DNA of 64,000 nucleotides from Deinococcus sp. (GTDB lineage Bacteria; Deinococcota; Deinococci; Deinococcales; Deinococcaceae). Positions 50,521 to 63,673 of the stretch are shown here, in pieces. A program made the position numbers and the translations under genes. The stretch's first letter is position 1. Each line of letters opens with the position of its first letter. The stretch spans positions 2,656,001 through 2,720,000 of the forward strand of contig OZ253375.1 of NCBI GenBank assembly GCA_965261005.1, in the 5' to 3' direction. The notes beneath the pieces are model-generated. The model did not search any database. It saw nothing but the letters and a program-made list of their open reading frames with translations, and was not told where the DNA came from.

Positions 50521-51253
50521 AATCAACCCGACCGGCTTCCGCCTGGGCATTACTAAGGACTGGAACAGCCGTTGGTACGCCGGCAAGAAGAACTACTCGA
50601 CCTTGGTGATCGAGGACGAGAAGATTCGCAACCTGATCGAGAAGCAGCTCAAGGCCGCCGGCATCGCCAAAATCGAGATCGAGCGCGCCGGCCAGCAGGT
50701 CAACGTCATCATCAGCGCGGCCAAGCCGGGCATCGTGATCGGCAAGGGCGGCGACAGCATCAAGCGCCTGCGCGGCGACATCGAACGTCTGGTCACGGCC
50801 GGCACGGTGGCCGTCAACGTCGCCGAGATTCCCAACCCCAACACCTCGGCCCCGCTGGTCGCCCTGCGGGTGGCCGAACAGATCGAGCGGCGCTTCGCGT
50901 TTCGCCGCGCCATGAAGCAGGCCGCCCAGCGCGTGATGGAGTCGGGGGCGCGCGGCGTCAAGGTCGTCTTGTCGGGCCGCCTGGGCGGGGCCGAGCAGGC
51001 CCGCACCGAGAAGGTGTTGGAGGGCCGCGTCCCCCTGCACACCCTGCGCGCCGACATCGACTACGGCACCGCCCTGGCGCGCACCACTTACGGCATCATC
51101 GGCGTGAAGGTTCTGGTCTTCAACGGCGAGGTCATCGGCGGCAAGACCGAGGGCGCCCCGCGCCCGCCGCGCCAAGAGCGCGGCCGTGAAGGCGGCGAGC
51201 GCCCCAACCGCCGCCGCCCGCAGGCGCGCCGCCGCCAGGGGGGGGCCGAGTAA
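50510..51253 (+). CDS. rpsC: 30S protein S3
   Basis: [24 protein letters not shown]. Confidence 0.97.
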
Positions 51254-51678
51254 TGTTGCTGCCCAAGCGCACCAAGTACCGCAAGCAGTTTCGCGGGCGC
51301 ATGACCGGCGCCGCCAAGGGGGGCGACTACGTCGCTTTCGGGGACTTCGGTCTGGTCGCCGAGGAGCCGGCCTGGATCAAGTCCAACCAGATCGAGGCGT
51401 GCCGCATCGTGATGAGCCGCCACTTCCGGCGCGGCGGTAAAATCTACATTCGCATCTTCCCCGACAAGCCTGTGACCAAAAAGCCCGCAGAGACCCGCAT
51501 GGGTAAAGGCAAAGGCGCCGTGGAGTTCTGGGTCAGCGTGGTCAAGCCGGGCCGGGTGATGTTCGAGGTGTCGGGCGTCTCCGAGGACCAGGCCAAGGAG
51601 GCCTTCCGCCTCGCCGGTCACAAGCTGCCGATTCGGACCAAGATGGTTCGGCGTGAGGTTTATGATGAAGCTCAGTGA
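51253..51678 (+). CDS. rplP: 50S protein L16
   Basis: [15 protein letters not shown]. Confidence 0.97.
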   Translation: MLLPKRTKYRKQFRGRMTGAAKGGDYVAFGDFGLVAEEPAWIKSNQIEACRIVMSRHFRRGGKIYIRIFPDKPVTKKPAETRMGKGKGAVEFWVSVVKPGRVMFEVSGVSEDQAKEAFRLAGHKLPIRTKMVRREVYDEAQ

Positions 51679-51934
51679 GATGCGCGCCCTCAGCATGGGC
51701 GACTTCGACCGCGAGGTGCAGGACCGCAAGCGGCAACTCATGGAGCTGCGCTTTCAGGCGGCGACCAGCCAGCTGGCCGACTCCTCGCAGGTCGCAAAAC
51801 TGCGCCGCGAGGTGGCCCAGCTGCTGACCGTGAGAACGGAGTTGCAGCGCGCCGCGCTAACCTCGGACGTGCCGGCGCTGCCCTCCAGCCAGCCAGCCGC
51901 ACAGGTCAGTCAGCCCTCTGGGCAGGAAGGATAA
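51665..51934 (+). CDS. rpmC: 50S protein L29 with C-terminal extension
   Basis: [18 protein letters not shown]; synteny. Confidence 0.93.
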   Translation: MKLSEMRALSMGDFDREVQDRKRQLMELRFQAATSQLADSSQVAKLRREVAQLLTVRTELQRAALTSDVPALPSSQPAAQVSQPSGQEG

Positions 51935-51937
51935 GAC

Positions 51938-52278
<341 letters not shown>

Positions 52279-52282
<4 letters not shown>

Positions 52283-52683
52283 TCATGCCGCAAACGCGCC
52301 TCGAAGTCGCCGACAACAGCGGCGCCCGCGAGTTGATGTGCATTCGCGTGCTGAACAGCGGCATCGGCGGTAAGGGTCTGACGACCGGCGGCGGCGGCAA
52401 CAAGCGCTACGCGCACGTCGGCGACATCATCGTGGCGAGTGTGAAGGAGGCGGCCCCGCGCGGCACCGTTAAGGCCGGCGAGGTCGTCAAGGCCGTGGTC
52501 GTGCGCACGTCCAAGGACATCCAGCGCGCCGACGGCTCCACCATCCGCTTCGACAAGAACGCCGCCGTGGTCATCAACAATCAGGGTGAGCCGCGCGGCA
52601 CGCGCGTCTTCGGGCCGGTGGCGCGCGAGCTGCGCGACCGCCGTTTCATGAAGATCGTCTCGCTGGCCCCGGAGGTGCTGTGA
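52279..52683 (+). CDS. rplN: 50S protein L14
   Basis: [15 protein letters not shown]; Deinococcus-type Gly-rich insert. Confidence 0.97.
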
Positions 52684-53030
52684 TGCCGCAGGCCAGCAAG
52701 GGTTCGCACCACAACGACAAGCTGCACGTCAAAAAGGGCGACACCGTGATGGTGACGCGCGGCAAGCACAAGGGGGCCACCGGCACCGTGCTGCTGGCCC
52801 TGCCGAAAGAGCAGAAGGTCGTGGTGGAGAACGTCAACCTGATCAAGAAGCACGTCAAGCCCTCGCAGGCGAGTCCCCAAGGCGGCATCGAGCAGCGCGA
52901 GGCGGCCATGCACGCCAGCAAAGTCCAGATCGTGGACCCCGAGACCGGCAAGCCCACCCGCGTGCGCCGTCAAGTGATCGACGGCAAAAAGGTGCGCGTG
53001 GCGGTGGGTAGCGGCAAGACCATCGATTGA
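52683..53030 (+). CDS. rplX: 50S protein L24
   Basis: KKGDTV...GKHKG KOW motif. Confidence 0.96.
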   Translation: MPQASKGSHHNDKLHVKKGDTVMVTRGKHKGATGTVLLALPKEQKVVVENVNLIKKHVKPSQASPQGGIEQREAAMHASKVQIVDPETGKPTRVRRQVIDGKKVRVAVGSGKTID

Positions 53031-53091
53031 GCGGGCGCCGCGTCAGCAGCGCCTGGGCGACCCAGACCGCCCGAACCCGAAAAGGAACGAC

Positions 53092-53628
53092 ATGACCCTC
53101 AAGGACAGGTACTTAGGTGAGGCGCGCCCCGCGCTGATGCAGCAGTTTGGCTACTCCAGCGTGATGCAGGTGCCGCGTATCGAGAAGGTGGTGGTGAACG
53201 AGGGCCTCGGCGCCGCCAAGGACGACAGCAAGCTGATCGACAAGGCGAGCCGCGAGCTGTCGCTGATCACCCTGCAAAAGCCGGTGGTGACCAAGGCCAA
53301 GAAGAGCATCTCCAACTTCAAGCTGCGCGCCGGCATGCCCATCGGCGTCAAGGTGACCCTGCGTAGAGAGCGCATGTACACCTTTCTCGACAAGCTGATC
53401 AACATCGGCCTGCCGCGCATCCGCGACTTTCGCGGCATCAACCCCAATTCGTTCGACGGGCGCGGCAACTACAACTTGGGCGTGCGCGAGCAACTGATTT
53501 TCCCCGAGATCACCTATGATATGGTGGACGCCGTTCGCGGTATGGACGTGACCATTGTCACGACGGCGAAGACCGACGAGGAGGCCCGCGCCCTACTGAG
53601 CGCGCTCGGGTTTCCCTTCCGCAAATAA
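53092..53628 (+). CDS. rplE: 50S protein L5
   Basis: [16 protein letters not shown]. Confidence 0.97.
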   Translation: MTLKDRYLGEARPALMQQFGYSSVMQVPRIEKVVVNEGLGAAKDDSKLIDKASRELSLITLQKPVVTKAKKSISNFKLRAGMPIGVKVTLRRERMYTFLDKLINIGLPRIRDFRGINPNSFDGRGNYNLGVREQLIFPEITYDMVDAVRGMDVTIVTTAKTDEEARALLSALGFPFRK

Positions 53629-53661
53629 GACAAGCAAGCAGAGAGGAGGAGAACAGAGCAC

Positions 53662-53931
53662 ATGGCAAAGACAAGCAAAATTGAGCGCCAAAAGCAGCGC
53701 GAAAAGACTGTGGCCAAGTACGCCGAGAAGCGCGCCGCCCTCAAGGCCGCCGGAGACTACCAAGGGCTTTCGGCCCTGCCGCGCGACGCCAGCCCCACCC
53801 GGCTGCGCAACCGCTGCGAGCTGACCGGCCGCCCGCGCGGATACATCCGCTTTTTCGGCGTGTCGCGTATCGTGATGCGCGAAAAGGCCCACAAGGGCGA
53901 GTTGCCCGGCGTCAAAAAGGCCAGCTGGTAG
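53662..53931 (+). CDS. rpsN: 30S protein S14 (89 aa, Zn-independent type)
   Basis: [21 protein letters not shown]. Confidence 0.97.
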   Translation: MAKTSKIERQKQREKTVAKYAEKRAALKAAGDYQGLSALPRDASPTRLRNRCELTGRPRGYIRFFGVSRIVMREKAHKGELPGVKKASW

Positions 53932-54089
53932 TACTCGTTCTTAGGGTCGCCCGGAGACGAACCGCGCGCTTTGCGTGGTGATCGTCCGACGCGGATTTTT
54001 TAAAGCGAGAAAAACAAAGCGTCTTTAGGGAAGGCCGAGCTTTCTGGCCTTCCCTCCAGCCAGGACCAAGGTCCTGTGCGGAGGAAGTC

Positions 54090-54491
54090 ATGCTGAGCGA
54101 TCCCATTGCCGACATGCTCACACGCATTCGCAACGCCACGCGCGTTCACAAAGAGAGCGTGGACGTGCCGGCCTCGAAATTCAAGGAGCAGCTCGCGCAG
54201 CTGCTGGCCCGCGAAGGCTACCTGTCCAGCGTCGAGCGCGTGCGCCCGGAAGGGAGCAACTTCGACGTGTTGCGCCTGGGGCTGCGCTACGGCGCCAAGC
54301 GTGAGCAAGTCATCAAGCACATCGAGCGCATTTCCCGTCCGGGACGTCGCGCCTACGTCGCGCACGACAACCTGCCCCGCGTGCAAAAGGGCCTGGGGCT
54401 GGCCGTCGTCTCCACCAGCAGGGGGCTTCTCCCCGACCGCGAGGCGCGCAGCGCCGGCGTCGGCGGCGAGGTCATCTGCGTGGTGTGGTGA
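54090..54491 (+). CDS. rpsH: 30S protein S8
   Basis: DPIADMLTRIRN, GGEVIC. Confidence 0.97.
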   Translation: MLSDPIADMLTRIRNATRVHKESVDVPASKFKEQLAQLLAREGYLSSVERVRPEGSNFDVLRLGLRYGAKREQVIKHIERISRPGRRAYVAHDNLPRVQKGLGLAVVSTSRGLLPDREARSAGVGGEVICVVW

Positions 54492-54500
54492 GGAGCCTGC

Positions 54501-55054
<554 letters not shown>

Positions 55055-55058
<4 letters not shown>

Positions 55059-55387
55059 TCTCCTCCGAGCGCCGTAAGCTGCGCAACCGTGGCAAGGTGT
55101 TCTCGGCCGCCGGCGAGCGCCCGCGTCTGAGCGTCTTCCGTTCCAACAAGTACATCTACGCCCAAGTTATCGACGACAAAAATGGCACCACCTTGGCGCA
55201 GGCGGGGGGCAAGGCCCTGGTGAATGGCAGCAAGACCGAGACCGCCGCCGCCGTGGGCAAGGCCGTGGCCGAGGCCGCCGGGCAAAAGGGCGTCAAGCAG
55301 GTCGTGTTCGACCGCGGCGGGTACAAGTACCACGGCCGCGTCAAAGCGCTGGCGGACGCCGCGCGGGAGGCTGGCCTTGACTTTTAA
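55055..55387 (+). CDS. rplR: 50S protein L18
   Basis: [21 protein letters not shown]. Confidence 0.97.
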
Positions 55388-55871
55388 CCGTCGCAACGAC
55401 CGCGAGGCCAGCGAGTTCGAGGAAAAGCTGATCTCGGTGAACCGCACCGCCAAAACCTATCAGGGTGGGCGCCGCTTCCGCTTCGCCGCCCTGGTAATCC
55501 TGGGGGACCGCAACGGCCGGGTGGGCATGGGCATCGGCAAGGCCAAGGAAGTGCCGGTCGCCATCGAAAAGGCCAAGAGCGTGGCGAGAAAACACATGAT
55601 CACGGTGCCGGTCGAAAACGGCACCATCCCGCACGACATCGTGGGGGAGAGTACCAAGAGCCGCGTGCTGCTCAAGCCCGCCGGCCCTGGTACGGGCGTG
55701 ATCGCCGGCACGGTGCCCCGCTCAATCGCTGAGCTGGCCGGCATCACCAACTTGCTGTCCAAGGAACTCGGCAGCCGCAACCAGATCAACGTGGCCTACG
55801 CCGTGTTCGACGGCCTCAGCCGGGTGCGCACGGCCGCGCAGGTCAAGGCCCTCAAGGAGAGTGCGTCGTGA
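55377..55871 (+). CDS. rpsE: 30S protein S5
   Basis: [23 protein letters not shown] start after GGGAGG (exact start uncertain). Confidence 0.95.
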   Translation: MTFNRRNDREASEFEEKLISVNRTAKTYQGGRRFRFAALVILGDRNGRVGMGIGKAKEVPVAIEKAKSVARKHMITVPVENGTIPHDIVGESTKSRVLLKPAGPGTGVIAGTVPRSIAELAGITNLLSKELGSRNQINVAYAVFDGLSRVRTAAQVKALKESAS

Positions 55872-56035
55872 AGATCACCCTCAGGCGCAGCTTGATCGGG
55901 CGCCCCAAGAACCAGATTGAGACCGTCAAGGCCCTGGGCCTGAAGCGCATCGGCGACAGCCGCGAGCTGCCCGAGAACGGCCCCACGCGCGGCATGGTCG
56001 AGACCGTCAGGCACTTGCTGGAGGTGTCGCAGTGA
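55868..56035 (+). CDS. rpmD: 50S protein L30 (absent from ORF track)
   Basis: Manual translation [29 protein letters not shown]...[15 protein letters not shown]. Confidence 0.95.
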   Translation: MKITLRRSLIGRPKNQIETVKALGLKRIGDSRELPENGPTRGMVETVRHLLEVSQ

Positions 56036-56505
56036 AGCTCAACCAACTCAAGCCGGCTCAGGGGTCGCGCCGTGAGCGCAAGCGCGTCGGCCGCGGTCCC
56101 GGCGGCACCGACAAGACGGCCGGCCGCGGCCACAAGGGCCAAAAGAGCCGCAGCGGCGCGGGCAAGGGCCAATTCTTCGAGGGTGGGCGCTCCACGCTGA
56201 TCTCGCGCCTGCCCAAGCGCGGCTTCAACCATGTCGGCACGGTGTATGAAGTGGTCAACTTGTCGCAGTTGGAGCAGTTCGCGGCGGGCGCCACTGTGGA
56301 CCGCGCCGCACTGGAGGCGGCCGGCTTGGTGCGCCGCAAGGGCTACCCGGTCAAGCTGCTGGCGCGCGGCGAGGTGATGGGCGCCTACACCCTGCATGTG
56401 GACGCGGCCTCGCAAAAGGCGGTGCAGGCCGTGCAGGCGGCGGGCGGTCAGGTTGTCTTGCCGGCCCCGCGAACTGAGCAGGCCCAAAACGAGCAGGCGG
56501 GCTAA
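56032..56505 (+). CDS. rplO: 50S protein L15
   Basis: [23 protein letters not shown]. Confidence 0.97.
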   Translation: MKLNQLKPAQGSRRERKRVGRGPGGTDKTAGRGHKGQKSRSGAGKGQFFEGGRSTLISRLPKRGFNHVGTVYEVVNLSQLEQFAAGATVDRAALEAAGLVRRKGYPVKLLARGEVMGAYTLHVDAASQKAVQAVQAAGGQVVLPAPRTEQAQNEQAG

Positions 56506-56547
56506 GGTGGTCCGGCCACTTCTGGCCGTGCGAGCGGGAGGCGCGTG

Positions 56548-57858
56548 ATGCTGCGCGCCTTCCGTGACGCCTTTCGGGTGCCCGAGTTGCAGCGCAAGAT
56601 GCTGTTCACGCTGCTGCTGCTGGCCATCTACCGTCTCGGCAGCGTGATTCCCACGCCGGGGGTCAACCCCGACGCCCTCAAGAACTCGGCGGGCGGCGGC
56701 CTGTTTGGTTTGATTGGCCTGATTTCGGGCGGCAACCTGTCGCAGTTCTCGATCTTCGCCCTCGGGGTGCTGCCATACATCACGGCCAGCATCATTATCC
56801 AACTGATGACGACCACCATCCCCGCCCTGGAAAAACTATCCAAAGAGGGCGAGGAGGGCCGTAAGAAGATCAACCAGTACACCCGCTTTTCGGCCATCGG
56901 CCTTGGCGCGGTGCAGGCGCTTTTCTTTTCCATCGCCTTTATTCAGGGGAACGGCGGCGCCAACTTGTCGCCTGGTTGGACCCCCGGCGTGGAACTCACG
57001 CTGCTGATCGTGCTGGTGCAGGTGGCGGGCGTGGCGCTCACCCTGTGGATTGGTGAGCGCATCACCGAGGTCGGCATCGGCAACGGCATCAGCCTGATTA
57101 TCTTCGCGGGCATCGTGGCTCGCTACCCGAGCGAGATCGGCGCGACGGTCGCCCTGATTCGCAACGGCTCAGTGTCGGCTCTCGCCATCGTCGTCTTCGT
57201 GGTGATCTTGCTGCTGGTGGTCGCGGGCATCGTGTTCGTGTATCAAGGTGAGCGGCGCGTGCCGGTGCAGTACGCCCGCAAGCAGGTCGCCGGGCGCACC
57301 TACGGTGGCCAGCAGACCTTTTTGCCCATCAAGGTGAACCAAGCCGGCGTGATTCCAGTGATCTTCGCCAGCGCCATCTTCACCCTGCCGCAGCTGTTGC
57401 AGGGCGGCCTGCAAACCCGCGCGCCGGGGGTGGCCGAGTTCATCTCGCGCTACTTGACCCTTGGCAGCACGACCGGCATCATCTTCGAGGTGCTGCTGAT
57501 TATCGGCTTCACCTACCTCTACAACAGCATTCAATTCGACCCCAAGCGCGTCGCCGAGAACTTGCGCGAGTCGGGTGGCTTCGTACCCGGCGTGCGGCCG
57601 GGAGTGGCCACGGCGCAGCACCTCGGCTTCATCTCCAGCCGCCTGACCTTGTGGGGCGCGCTGTTTCTGGCGGTGTTGACGGTGGTGCCCGAGATCGTGC
57701 GTACCGGCACCGGCATCACCACCCTTCAATTCACCGGCACCGGCCTTCTCATCATCGTGGGCGTGGCCCTCGACACCCTCAAGCAGTTGGAGGCGCAGCT
57801 GACCGTGCGGCGCTACGACGGCTTTATCTCCAAGGGCCGCTTACGGGGCCGCCTGTGA
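56548..57858 (+). CDS. secY: Preprotein translocase SecY
   Basis: SIFALGVLPYITASII, GIGNGISL, PGVRPG. Confidence 0.97.
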   Translation: MLRAFRDAFRVPELQRKMLFTLLLLAIYRLGSVIPTPGVNPDALKNSAGGGLFGLIGLISGGNLSQFSIFALGVLPYITASIIIQLMTTTIPALEKLSKEGEEGRKKINQYTRFSAIGLGAVQALFFSIAFIQGNGGANLSPGWTPGVELTLLIVLVQVAGVALTLWIGERITEVGIGNGISLIIFAGIVARYPSEIGATVALIRNGSVSALAIVVFVVILLLVVAGIVFVYQGERRVPVQYARKQVAGRTYGGQQTFLPIKVNQAGVIPVIFASAIFTLPQLLQGGLQTRAPGVAEFISRYLTLGSTTGIIFEVLLIIGFTYLYNSIQFDPKRVAENLRESGGFVPGVRPGVATAQHLGFISSRLTLWGALFLAVLTVVPEIVRTGTGITTLQFTGTGLLIIVGVALDTLKQLEAQLTVRRYDGFISKGRLRGRL

Positions 57859-58433
57859 CCTTGGAGCCGCCCGACCAGAACGCCGTGGTGGTCTTTTTGG
57901 GGCCGCCCGGCGCGGGCAAGGGAACCCAAGCGGAGCGGCTGGCGCGCGAGTACGGCTTGGAAAAAGTCTCGACCGGCGACATGCTGCGCGACCATATGAC
58001 GCGCGGCACGGCGCTGGGGTCGCAGGTCAAGCCGATTTATGACGCGGGCCACCTGGTACCCGACGACGTGCTGATCGCCCTGATTCGCGACAAGTTGTCA
58101 GGAATGGGCGCGGTCCGGGTCATCTTCGACGGTTTTCCGCGCACGGTGGCACAGGCGCGCGCCCTGGATGGTTTGCTCGCCGAGTTGGACGCGCCCATCG
58201 TGGCGGTGCCGCTGCTGGAGGTGCCGGGCGAGGAGTTGGTGCGGCGCATCGTCGAGCGGGGCGCGCAGTCGGGACGCAGCGACGACACCGAGGCGGTCGC
58301 CCGCGAGCGTCAGCGGGTCTACCGCCAGCAGACCGAGCCGCTGGTCAGTTACTATGGCGAGCGGGTCAGGCGGCTCGACGGTACGGGCAGCATGAACGAC
58401 GTATACGCGCGCCTCGAACGGCTTCTTGTTTGA
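57855..58433 (+). CDS. adk: Adenylate kinase (short-LID type)
   Basis: GPPGAGKGTQ, STGDMLR, DGFPRT, GRSDD. Confidence 0.95.
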   Translation: MTLEPPDQNAVVVFLGPPGAGKGTQAERLAREYGLEKVSTGDMLRDHMTRGTALGSQVKPIYDAGHLVPDDVLIALIRDKLSGMGAVRVIFDGFPRTVAQARALDGLLAELDAPIVAVPLLEVPGEELVRRIVERGAQSGRSDDTEAVARERQRVYRQQTEPLVSYYGERVRRLDGTGSMNDVYARLERLLV

Positions 58434-58498
58434 GCTGCGGGGGCGTGCTAGCATAACGTTTGGCTTTTTGAAAGCCCAAGAGCACAACCGGAGGACGA

Positions 58499-58750
58499 GT
58501 GGCGAAGAGAACCTTAAGGGAACCGCGCGAAAAGCGCAAGGATTCGGATACGGTGAGAACCGAGGGCGTGGTGCTTGAGGCATTGCCCAACACCACCTTC
58601 AAAGTGCAGCTCGACACCGGGCACGAACTTCTGGCGTACATCTCAGGCAAGATGCGCATTCACTACATCCGGATTTTGCCCGGCGACCGCGTGGTCCTGG
58701 AAATCTCGCCGTACGACACGTCGCGCGGTCGCATCGTTTACCGCAAGTAA
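58499..58750 (+). CDS. infA: Translation initiation factor IF-1
   Basis: EALPN, ISGKMR, GDRV..E.SPYD. Confidence 0.97.
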   Translation: MAKRTLREPREKRKDSDTVRTEGVVLEALPNTTFKVQLDTGHELLAYISGKMRIHYIRILPGDRVVLEISPYDTSRGRIVYRK

Positions 58751-58870
58751 GGCGCAAGTCAGGCCAGCAAACGTCGGCACTTTCGGGAACAGTCCCGTGG
58801 TCAACAGATTCCCAGCGGGGGTCGAGCGCCGCTCGCCAAATTCAAGGGCGTTGCGGCGCGAGGAGGAGAC

Positions 58871-58984
58871 ATGAAGGTTCGTTCGAGCGTCAAGAGGATT
58901 TGCGACAAGTGCAAGATCATCCGTCGGCACGGCCGCGTGCTGGTGATCTGCGAGGTCGCCAAGCACAAGCAGAGGCAAGGCTGA
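58871..58984 (+). CDS. rpmJ: 50S protein L36 (absent from ORF track)
   Basis: [37 protein letters not shown]. Confidence 0.97.
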   Translation: MKVRSSVKRICDKCKIIRRHGRVLVICEVAKHKQRQG

Positions 58985-59364
58985 TGGCGCGCATCGCCGG
59001 CGTGGACCTTCCGCGCGACAAGCGTGTCGAGGTCGCCCTCACCTACATTTACGGCATCGGCCCGACGCGCGCCCGCGATGTGCTGGGCGTTACCGGGGTC
59101 AGCCCGGACACCCGCGTCAAGAACCTGACCGAAAACGAGCAGGTTCAGTTGCGCGAGGTGGTCGAGAAGACCTACAAAGTCGAGGGCGACTTGCGTAGCG
59201 AGGTCGGTCAGAACATCAAGCGCTTGATGGACATCGGCGCTTACCGGGGTCTCAGGCACCGCCGCGGTCTGCCCGTGCGCGGTCAGCGCACCAAGACCAA
59301 CGCCCGCACCCGAAAAGGACCCAAGAAGACCGTGGCCGGCAAGAAGAAGGCGGCGAGGAAGTAA
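58984..59364 (+). CDS. rpsM: 30S protein S13
   Basis: [24 protein letters not shown]. Confidence 0.97.
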   Translation: MARIAGVDLPRDKRVEVALTYIYGIGPTRARDVLGVTGVSPDTRVKNLTENEQVQLREVVEKTYKVEGDLRSEVGQNIKRLMDIGAYRGLRHRRGLPVRGQRTKTNARTRKGPKKTVAGKKKAARK

Positions 59365-59753
59365 TGGCCAAAGCGACCAAGGGCAAACAGCGGCGCGTTC
59401 GCCGCAACATCTCGGCGGGGCGGGCTTACATTCACGCCTCGTACAACAACACCATTGTGACCATCACGGACGTCGAGGGCAACTCGGTGGCTTGGTCTTC
59501 GGGCGGCACCATCGGCTATAAGGGGAGCAAAAAGGGCACGCCTTACGCGGCCCAACTCGCCGCCGCCGACGCCGTCAAGAAAGCCCAAGGCTTCGGCATG
59601 GGCATTGTGGACGTGATCGTGCGCGGCTCGGGCAGCGGACGCGAGCAGGCGATCCGCGCCATCCAGGCCAGCGGCATTGACGTGAAGTCCATCATGGACG
59701 ACACCCCCGTTCCGCACAACGGCTGCCGCCCGGCCAAGAAGCACAGGGCGTGA
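59364..59753 (+). CDS. rpsK: 30S protein S11
   Basis: [19 protein letters not shown]. Confidence 0.97.
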   Translation: MAKATKGKQRRVRRNISAGRAYIHASYNNTIVTITDVEGNSVAWSSGGTIGYKGSKKGTPYAAQLAAADAVKKAQGFGMGIVDVIVRGSGSGREQAIRAIQASGIDVKSIMDDTPVPHNGCRPAKKHRA

Positions 59754-59761
59754 GGTAGAAC

Positions 59762-60379
59762 ATGGCCCGTTTTTACACATCCATCACCAAGATGAGCCGC
59801 CGTGAGGGCATCAACCTCGCCGAGACCGAAAAAGTTCAGAAGTACCTGGACCGCCGTCCCTACGGCCCCGGCCAGCACGGCCAGCGCCGCAAAGGGCGTC
59901 CCAGCGACTACAGCGTTCGCCTGCGCGAAAAGCAGAAGCTCGCGCGCCTCTACGGCATGCGTGAAAAGCAGTTCCGCAGCCTCTTTGAAGAGGCGGCCAG
60001 CGTGCCCGGCGTGACCGGCACGGTGTTTTTGCAACTTCTGGAGCGGCGCCTCGACAACGTGGTTTTCCGTCTCGGCATCGCCAGCACCCGCCGTCAGGCC
60101 CGGCAATTCGTGGGCCATGACCACATTCTGGTGAACGGCAAGCGCGTGGACATTCCCAGCTACCGCGTCAAAATCGGCGACGAGATCAGCGTGGCGCAAG
60201 GCAGCCGCCAAATGGGCTTCATTCTGGAGAACATGGAGGCCGGCAAGCGGCGACGCGTGGCCCCGTGGCTCTCCTTCAATCCCGAGACGTTCACGGGCAC
60301 CTTTGTGCGCCCGCCGGCCCGCGAAGACCTCGCGCTGCCGATCAACGAGAACTTTATCATCGAGTACTACTCGCGCTGA
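59762..60379 (+). CDS. rpsD: 30S protein S4
   Basis: [23 protein letters not shown]. Confidence 0.97.
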   Translation: MARFYTSITKMSRREGINLAETEKVQKYLDRRPYGPGQHGQRRKGRPSDYSVRLREKQKLARLYGMREKQFRSLFEEAASVPGVTGTVFLQLLERRLDNVVFRLGIASTRRQARQFVGHDHILVNGKRVDIPSYRVKIGDEISVAQGSRQMGFILENMEAGKRRRVAPWLSFNPETFTGTFVRPPAREDLALPINENFIIEYYSR

Positions 60380-60390
60380 GAGGGGTGTGC

Positions 60391-61359
<969 letters not shown>

Positions 61360-61397
61360 CCAGAACCGACTGAACAGAAGGCAGAAAGGAAGTTCTT

Positions 61398-61748
61398 ATG
61401 CGTCACGGCAAAGCCGGCCGCCAACTCGGCCGCAACAGCTCCTCCCGCCTCGCGCTGGCGCGGGCGCAGGCCACCGCGCTGCTGCGCGAGGGCCGCATCG
61501 AGACGACCCTGACCAAGGCCAAGGAATTACGGCCCTACGTCGAGAAGATCATCACCGCCGCCAAAAGCGGCGACCTCCACGCGCGCCGCCTCGTCGGCCG
61601 CGACATTCAGGACCGCGAGGTGCTGAGCAAGCTGTTCGCCGAGATCGCCCCCAAGTACGCGGAGCGCTCCGGCGGCTACACCCGCATCCTCAAAACCGGC
61701 TTTCGGCGCGGCGACGCGGCCCCGGTTGCCCTGATCGAGCTGGTCTGA
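61398..61748 (+). CDS. rplQ: 50S protein L17
   Basis: [18 protein letters not shown]. Confidence 0.97.
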   Translation: MRHGKAGRQLGRNSSSRLALARAQATALLREGRIETTLTKAKELRPYVEKIITAAKSGDLHARRLVGRDIQDREVLSKLFAEIAPKYAERSGGYTRILKTGFRRGDAAPVALIELV

Positions 61749-61756
61749 GTTTTTTG

Positions 61757-61793
61757 GCGTGAGGCGCGTGGATCACCGCGCGCCTCACGCTTT
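61757..61793 (+). terminator. Terminator of alpha operon
   Basis: GCGTGAGGCGCG...CGCGCCTCACGC followed by TTT. Confidence 0.75.
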
Positions 61794-61821
61794 ACAAACG
61801 CTCGACAGATAAGGTGACGGC

Positions 61822-62986
61822 CTCAGTACCCGACAGGTAGGGTCGGTGGCATCTGAAGGGCCGGGAAGAGCAGGGCCAGACAGGACCTGGCGCGCTCAAG
61901 GTTCCACTTGAGGGCGTCCACAAGCAGATCGAGGCCGGTCAGGAAGGTGCTCTTGGCTTTGCGCCCGTGCGTTTTGAGCCGTACGGGCGCCTCTTGTTCC
62001 CGCACCAGACCGACCAGCAGCGCCCAGACGAAGGCGACCGTGAGCAAGCTGACCAGCGTTTCGATGCGGGCAGGGTCGGTCATGTGGGTCGCCTCCAGAT
62101 TGAGGCCGCGCAGCTTGTAGGCGCCGAAGGTGCATTCGATGGACCAGCGCGACCGGTAGCGCTCACAGGTGTCGAACAGCGAGAGGTCCGAAGCGATCAC
62201 AACGCGCTCGCCCTCGCTAGACAGCGTGGCAACCACCTGCATCTCAGCGCCGTAGACCACCTCTTTGTCGAGCAGGCCGCGCACCTCGCCGGGCGTCAGG
62301 TGTGCAAAGGCGTCTCGAACCGCGATGTCATCGAGCAGGGTGTCCTCACGAATGCGGATGCAGCGCTTGAGCCGTCGTTGTTCCAGGGCCGCGAACCAGT
62401 CTTTGCCCACGAACTCACGGTCGGCCAGCAGCACCGCAATGCGCTGTGCGGGAATGACGCTCAGCAGCCGGTCGAGCAGCGCGATGCGCGCGGCAGTCGA
62501 ACTGGCGCCGCCGTGGTCCAGCACGTCCCACACCAAGGGGAGAGCGTAGCCAGCAAACACCGCCCCAATCACCAAGATGTTGTGATCATATTGCCCATAG
62601 CGCCAGTTGGTGCGGTCCATCGCGAGCGTCAACTTGCCGCTCCCCAACAGCGGCAGGATCAGTTGGGCGGCCTCGTGCTGAGTGAAGGTCGCTGCGGCGA
62701 AGAAGCGGGCGACGCGACGTTCTTTGCTTTCGGGTCGGGCGTCACCCGGCAAGTGCTGGGCGAGTTTGCGGTGAGTGACGTGCTGGGCGTGGACGGTAGC
62801 GAGCAACATATCGGCGAGACGAGCGCGCTGGTCAGAGCGGCGTCCGGGCAGGTGTTGCGCGACGAGCGCGCGCAGGGTAGCGTCAGTGGTGCCGGGGGGC
62901 TGGGTACTCATCAACCACAGTTTGCCCCGGCTCTGCTGTCTCTCCTCGTGTCACACAACCTTTAGACCTTCCTGTCGGGTACTGAG
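61822..62986 (-). mobile_element. IS4-family element
   Basis: 16-bp perfect TIR CTCAGTACCCGACAGG; 9-bp TSD GGTGACGGC at 61813-61821 and 62987-62995. Confidence 0.93.
61823..62911 (-). CDS. IS4 transposase
   Basis: MDRTNW, LADREFVG, YRSRWSIECTFGAYK (YREK motif). Confidence 0.92.
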   Translation of the reverse strand: MSTQPPGTTDATLRALVAQHLPGRRSDQRARLADMLLATVHAQHVTHRKLAQHLPGDARPESKERRVARFFAAATFTQHEAAQLILPLLGSGKLTLAMDRTNWRYGQYDHNILVIGAVFAGYALPLVWDVLDHGGASSTAARIALLDRLLSVIPAQRIAVLLADREFVGKDWFAALEQRRLKRCIRIREDTLLDDIAVRDAFAHLTPGEVRGLLDKEVVYGAEMQVVATLSSEGERVVIASDLSLFDTCERYRSRWSIECTFGAYKLRGLNLEATHMTDPARIETLVSLLTVAFVWALLVGLVREQEAPVRLKTHGRKAKSTFLTGLDLLVDALKWNLERARSCLALLFPALQMPPTLPVGY

Positions 62987-63007
62987 GGTGACGGCACGGA
63001 GGCCCGC

Positions 63008-63139
63008 GTGAGTCCTTTTGACATTCTGATCGGTTTGGCGGTGGTGTTCGCGCTGCTGCTCAGCGCGCTCAGCTTCGGCAGTTCGGCGGACAGGGCGCTC
63101 AACCGGCTGTTCGGCCGCGCCAGAAAACAAAAGAAGTAA
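63008..63139 (+). CDS. 43-aa single-pass membrane protein (absent from ORF track)
   Basis: GGAGG + GTG; MSPFDILIGLAVVFALLLSALSFGSSADRALNRLFGRARKQKK*. Confidence 0.6.
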   Translation: MSPFDILIGLAVVFALLLSALSFGSSADRALNRLFGRARKQKK

Positions 63140-63145
63140 TACAAA

Positions 63146-63173
63146 AGAAGTGACGGGTTATCCCGTCACTTCT
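63146..63173. terminator. Likely bidirectional terminator
   Basis: AGAAGTGACGGG-ttat-CCCGTCACTTCT between convergent genes. Confidence 0.75.
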
Positions 63174-63209
63174 CGGCCTTCACTTCTTAGCTTTTACCTG
63201 GTTAGGCGC

Positions 63210-63551
63210 TCAGTTGGCCTTGCCGACCGGCGCTTCCTGCACGTGCTTGTCGAGCAGCTTTTCAAAGGCGCGCTTGGGTTGGGCGCCTATGACAGCCTCG
63301 ACCGGCTCACCGTCCTTGAAGAGAATCAGGGTGGGAATGCTCATCACCCGGTACTGCATGGCGGTGTTCTGGTTGTCGTCCACGTTGACCTTGCCGACCT
63401 TGACGCGCCCCTCATATTGGCTGGCGAGTTCCTCGACCACCGGGGCGACCATGCGGCAGGGACCACACCATGGCGCCCAAAAGTCCACCAACGTGAGACC
63501 GCTGCCGATTTCGCCTTTGAAGTTGGCGTCCGTCAGTTCTTGAGGTTTCAT
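63210..63551 (-). CDS. trxA: Thioredoxin
   Basis: [13 protein letters not shown]. Confidence 0.96.
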   Translation of the reverse strand: MKPQELTDANFKGEIGSGLTLVDFWAPWCGPCRMVAPVVEELASQYEGRVKVGKVNVDDNQNTAMQYRVMSIPTLILFKDGEPVEAVIGAQPKRAFEKLLDKHVQEAPVGKAN

Positions 63552-63673
63552 GGTCTTAGTATGCGCCGAACGTCCCGCTCAAAAAGGCGGCGCCCATCGC
63601 GTTTGCGCTTTAGCGGGTCTTACCCATCGGTTCATTAGCCGCCATCTTGGCCGGGGGCGTGCCATGCTGGGTC

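Noticed and set aside
53662..53931. Zn-free S14 as an anomaly
   Set aside because: The 89-aa C-minus S14 in the spc operon is expected in this lineage.
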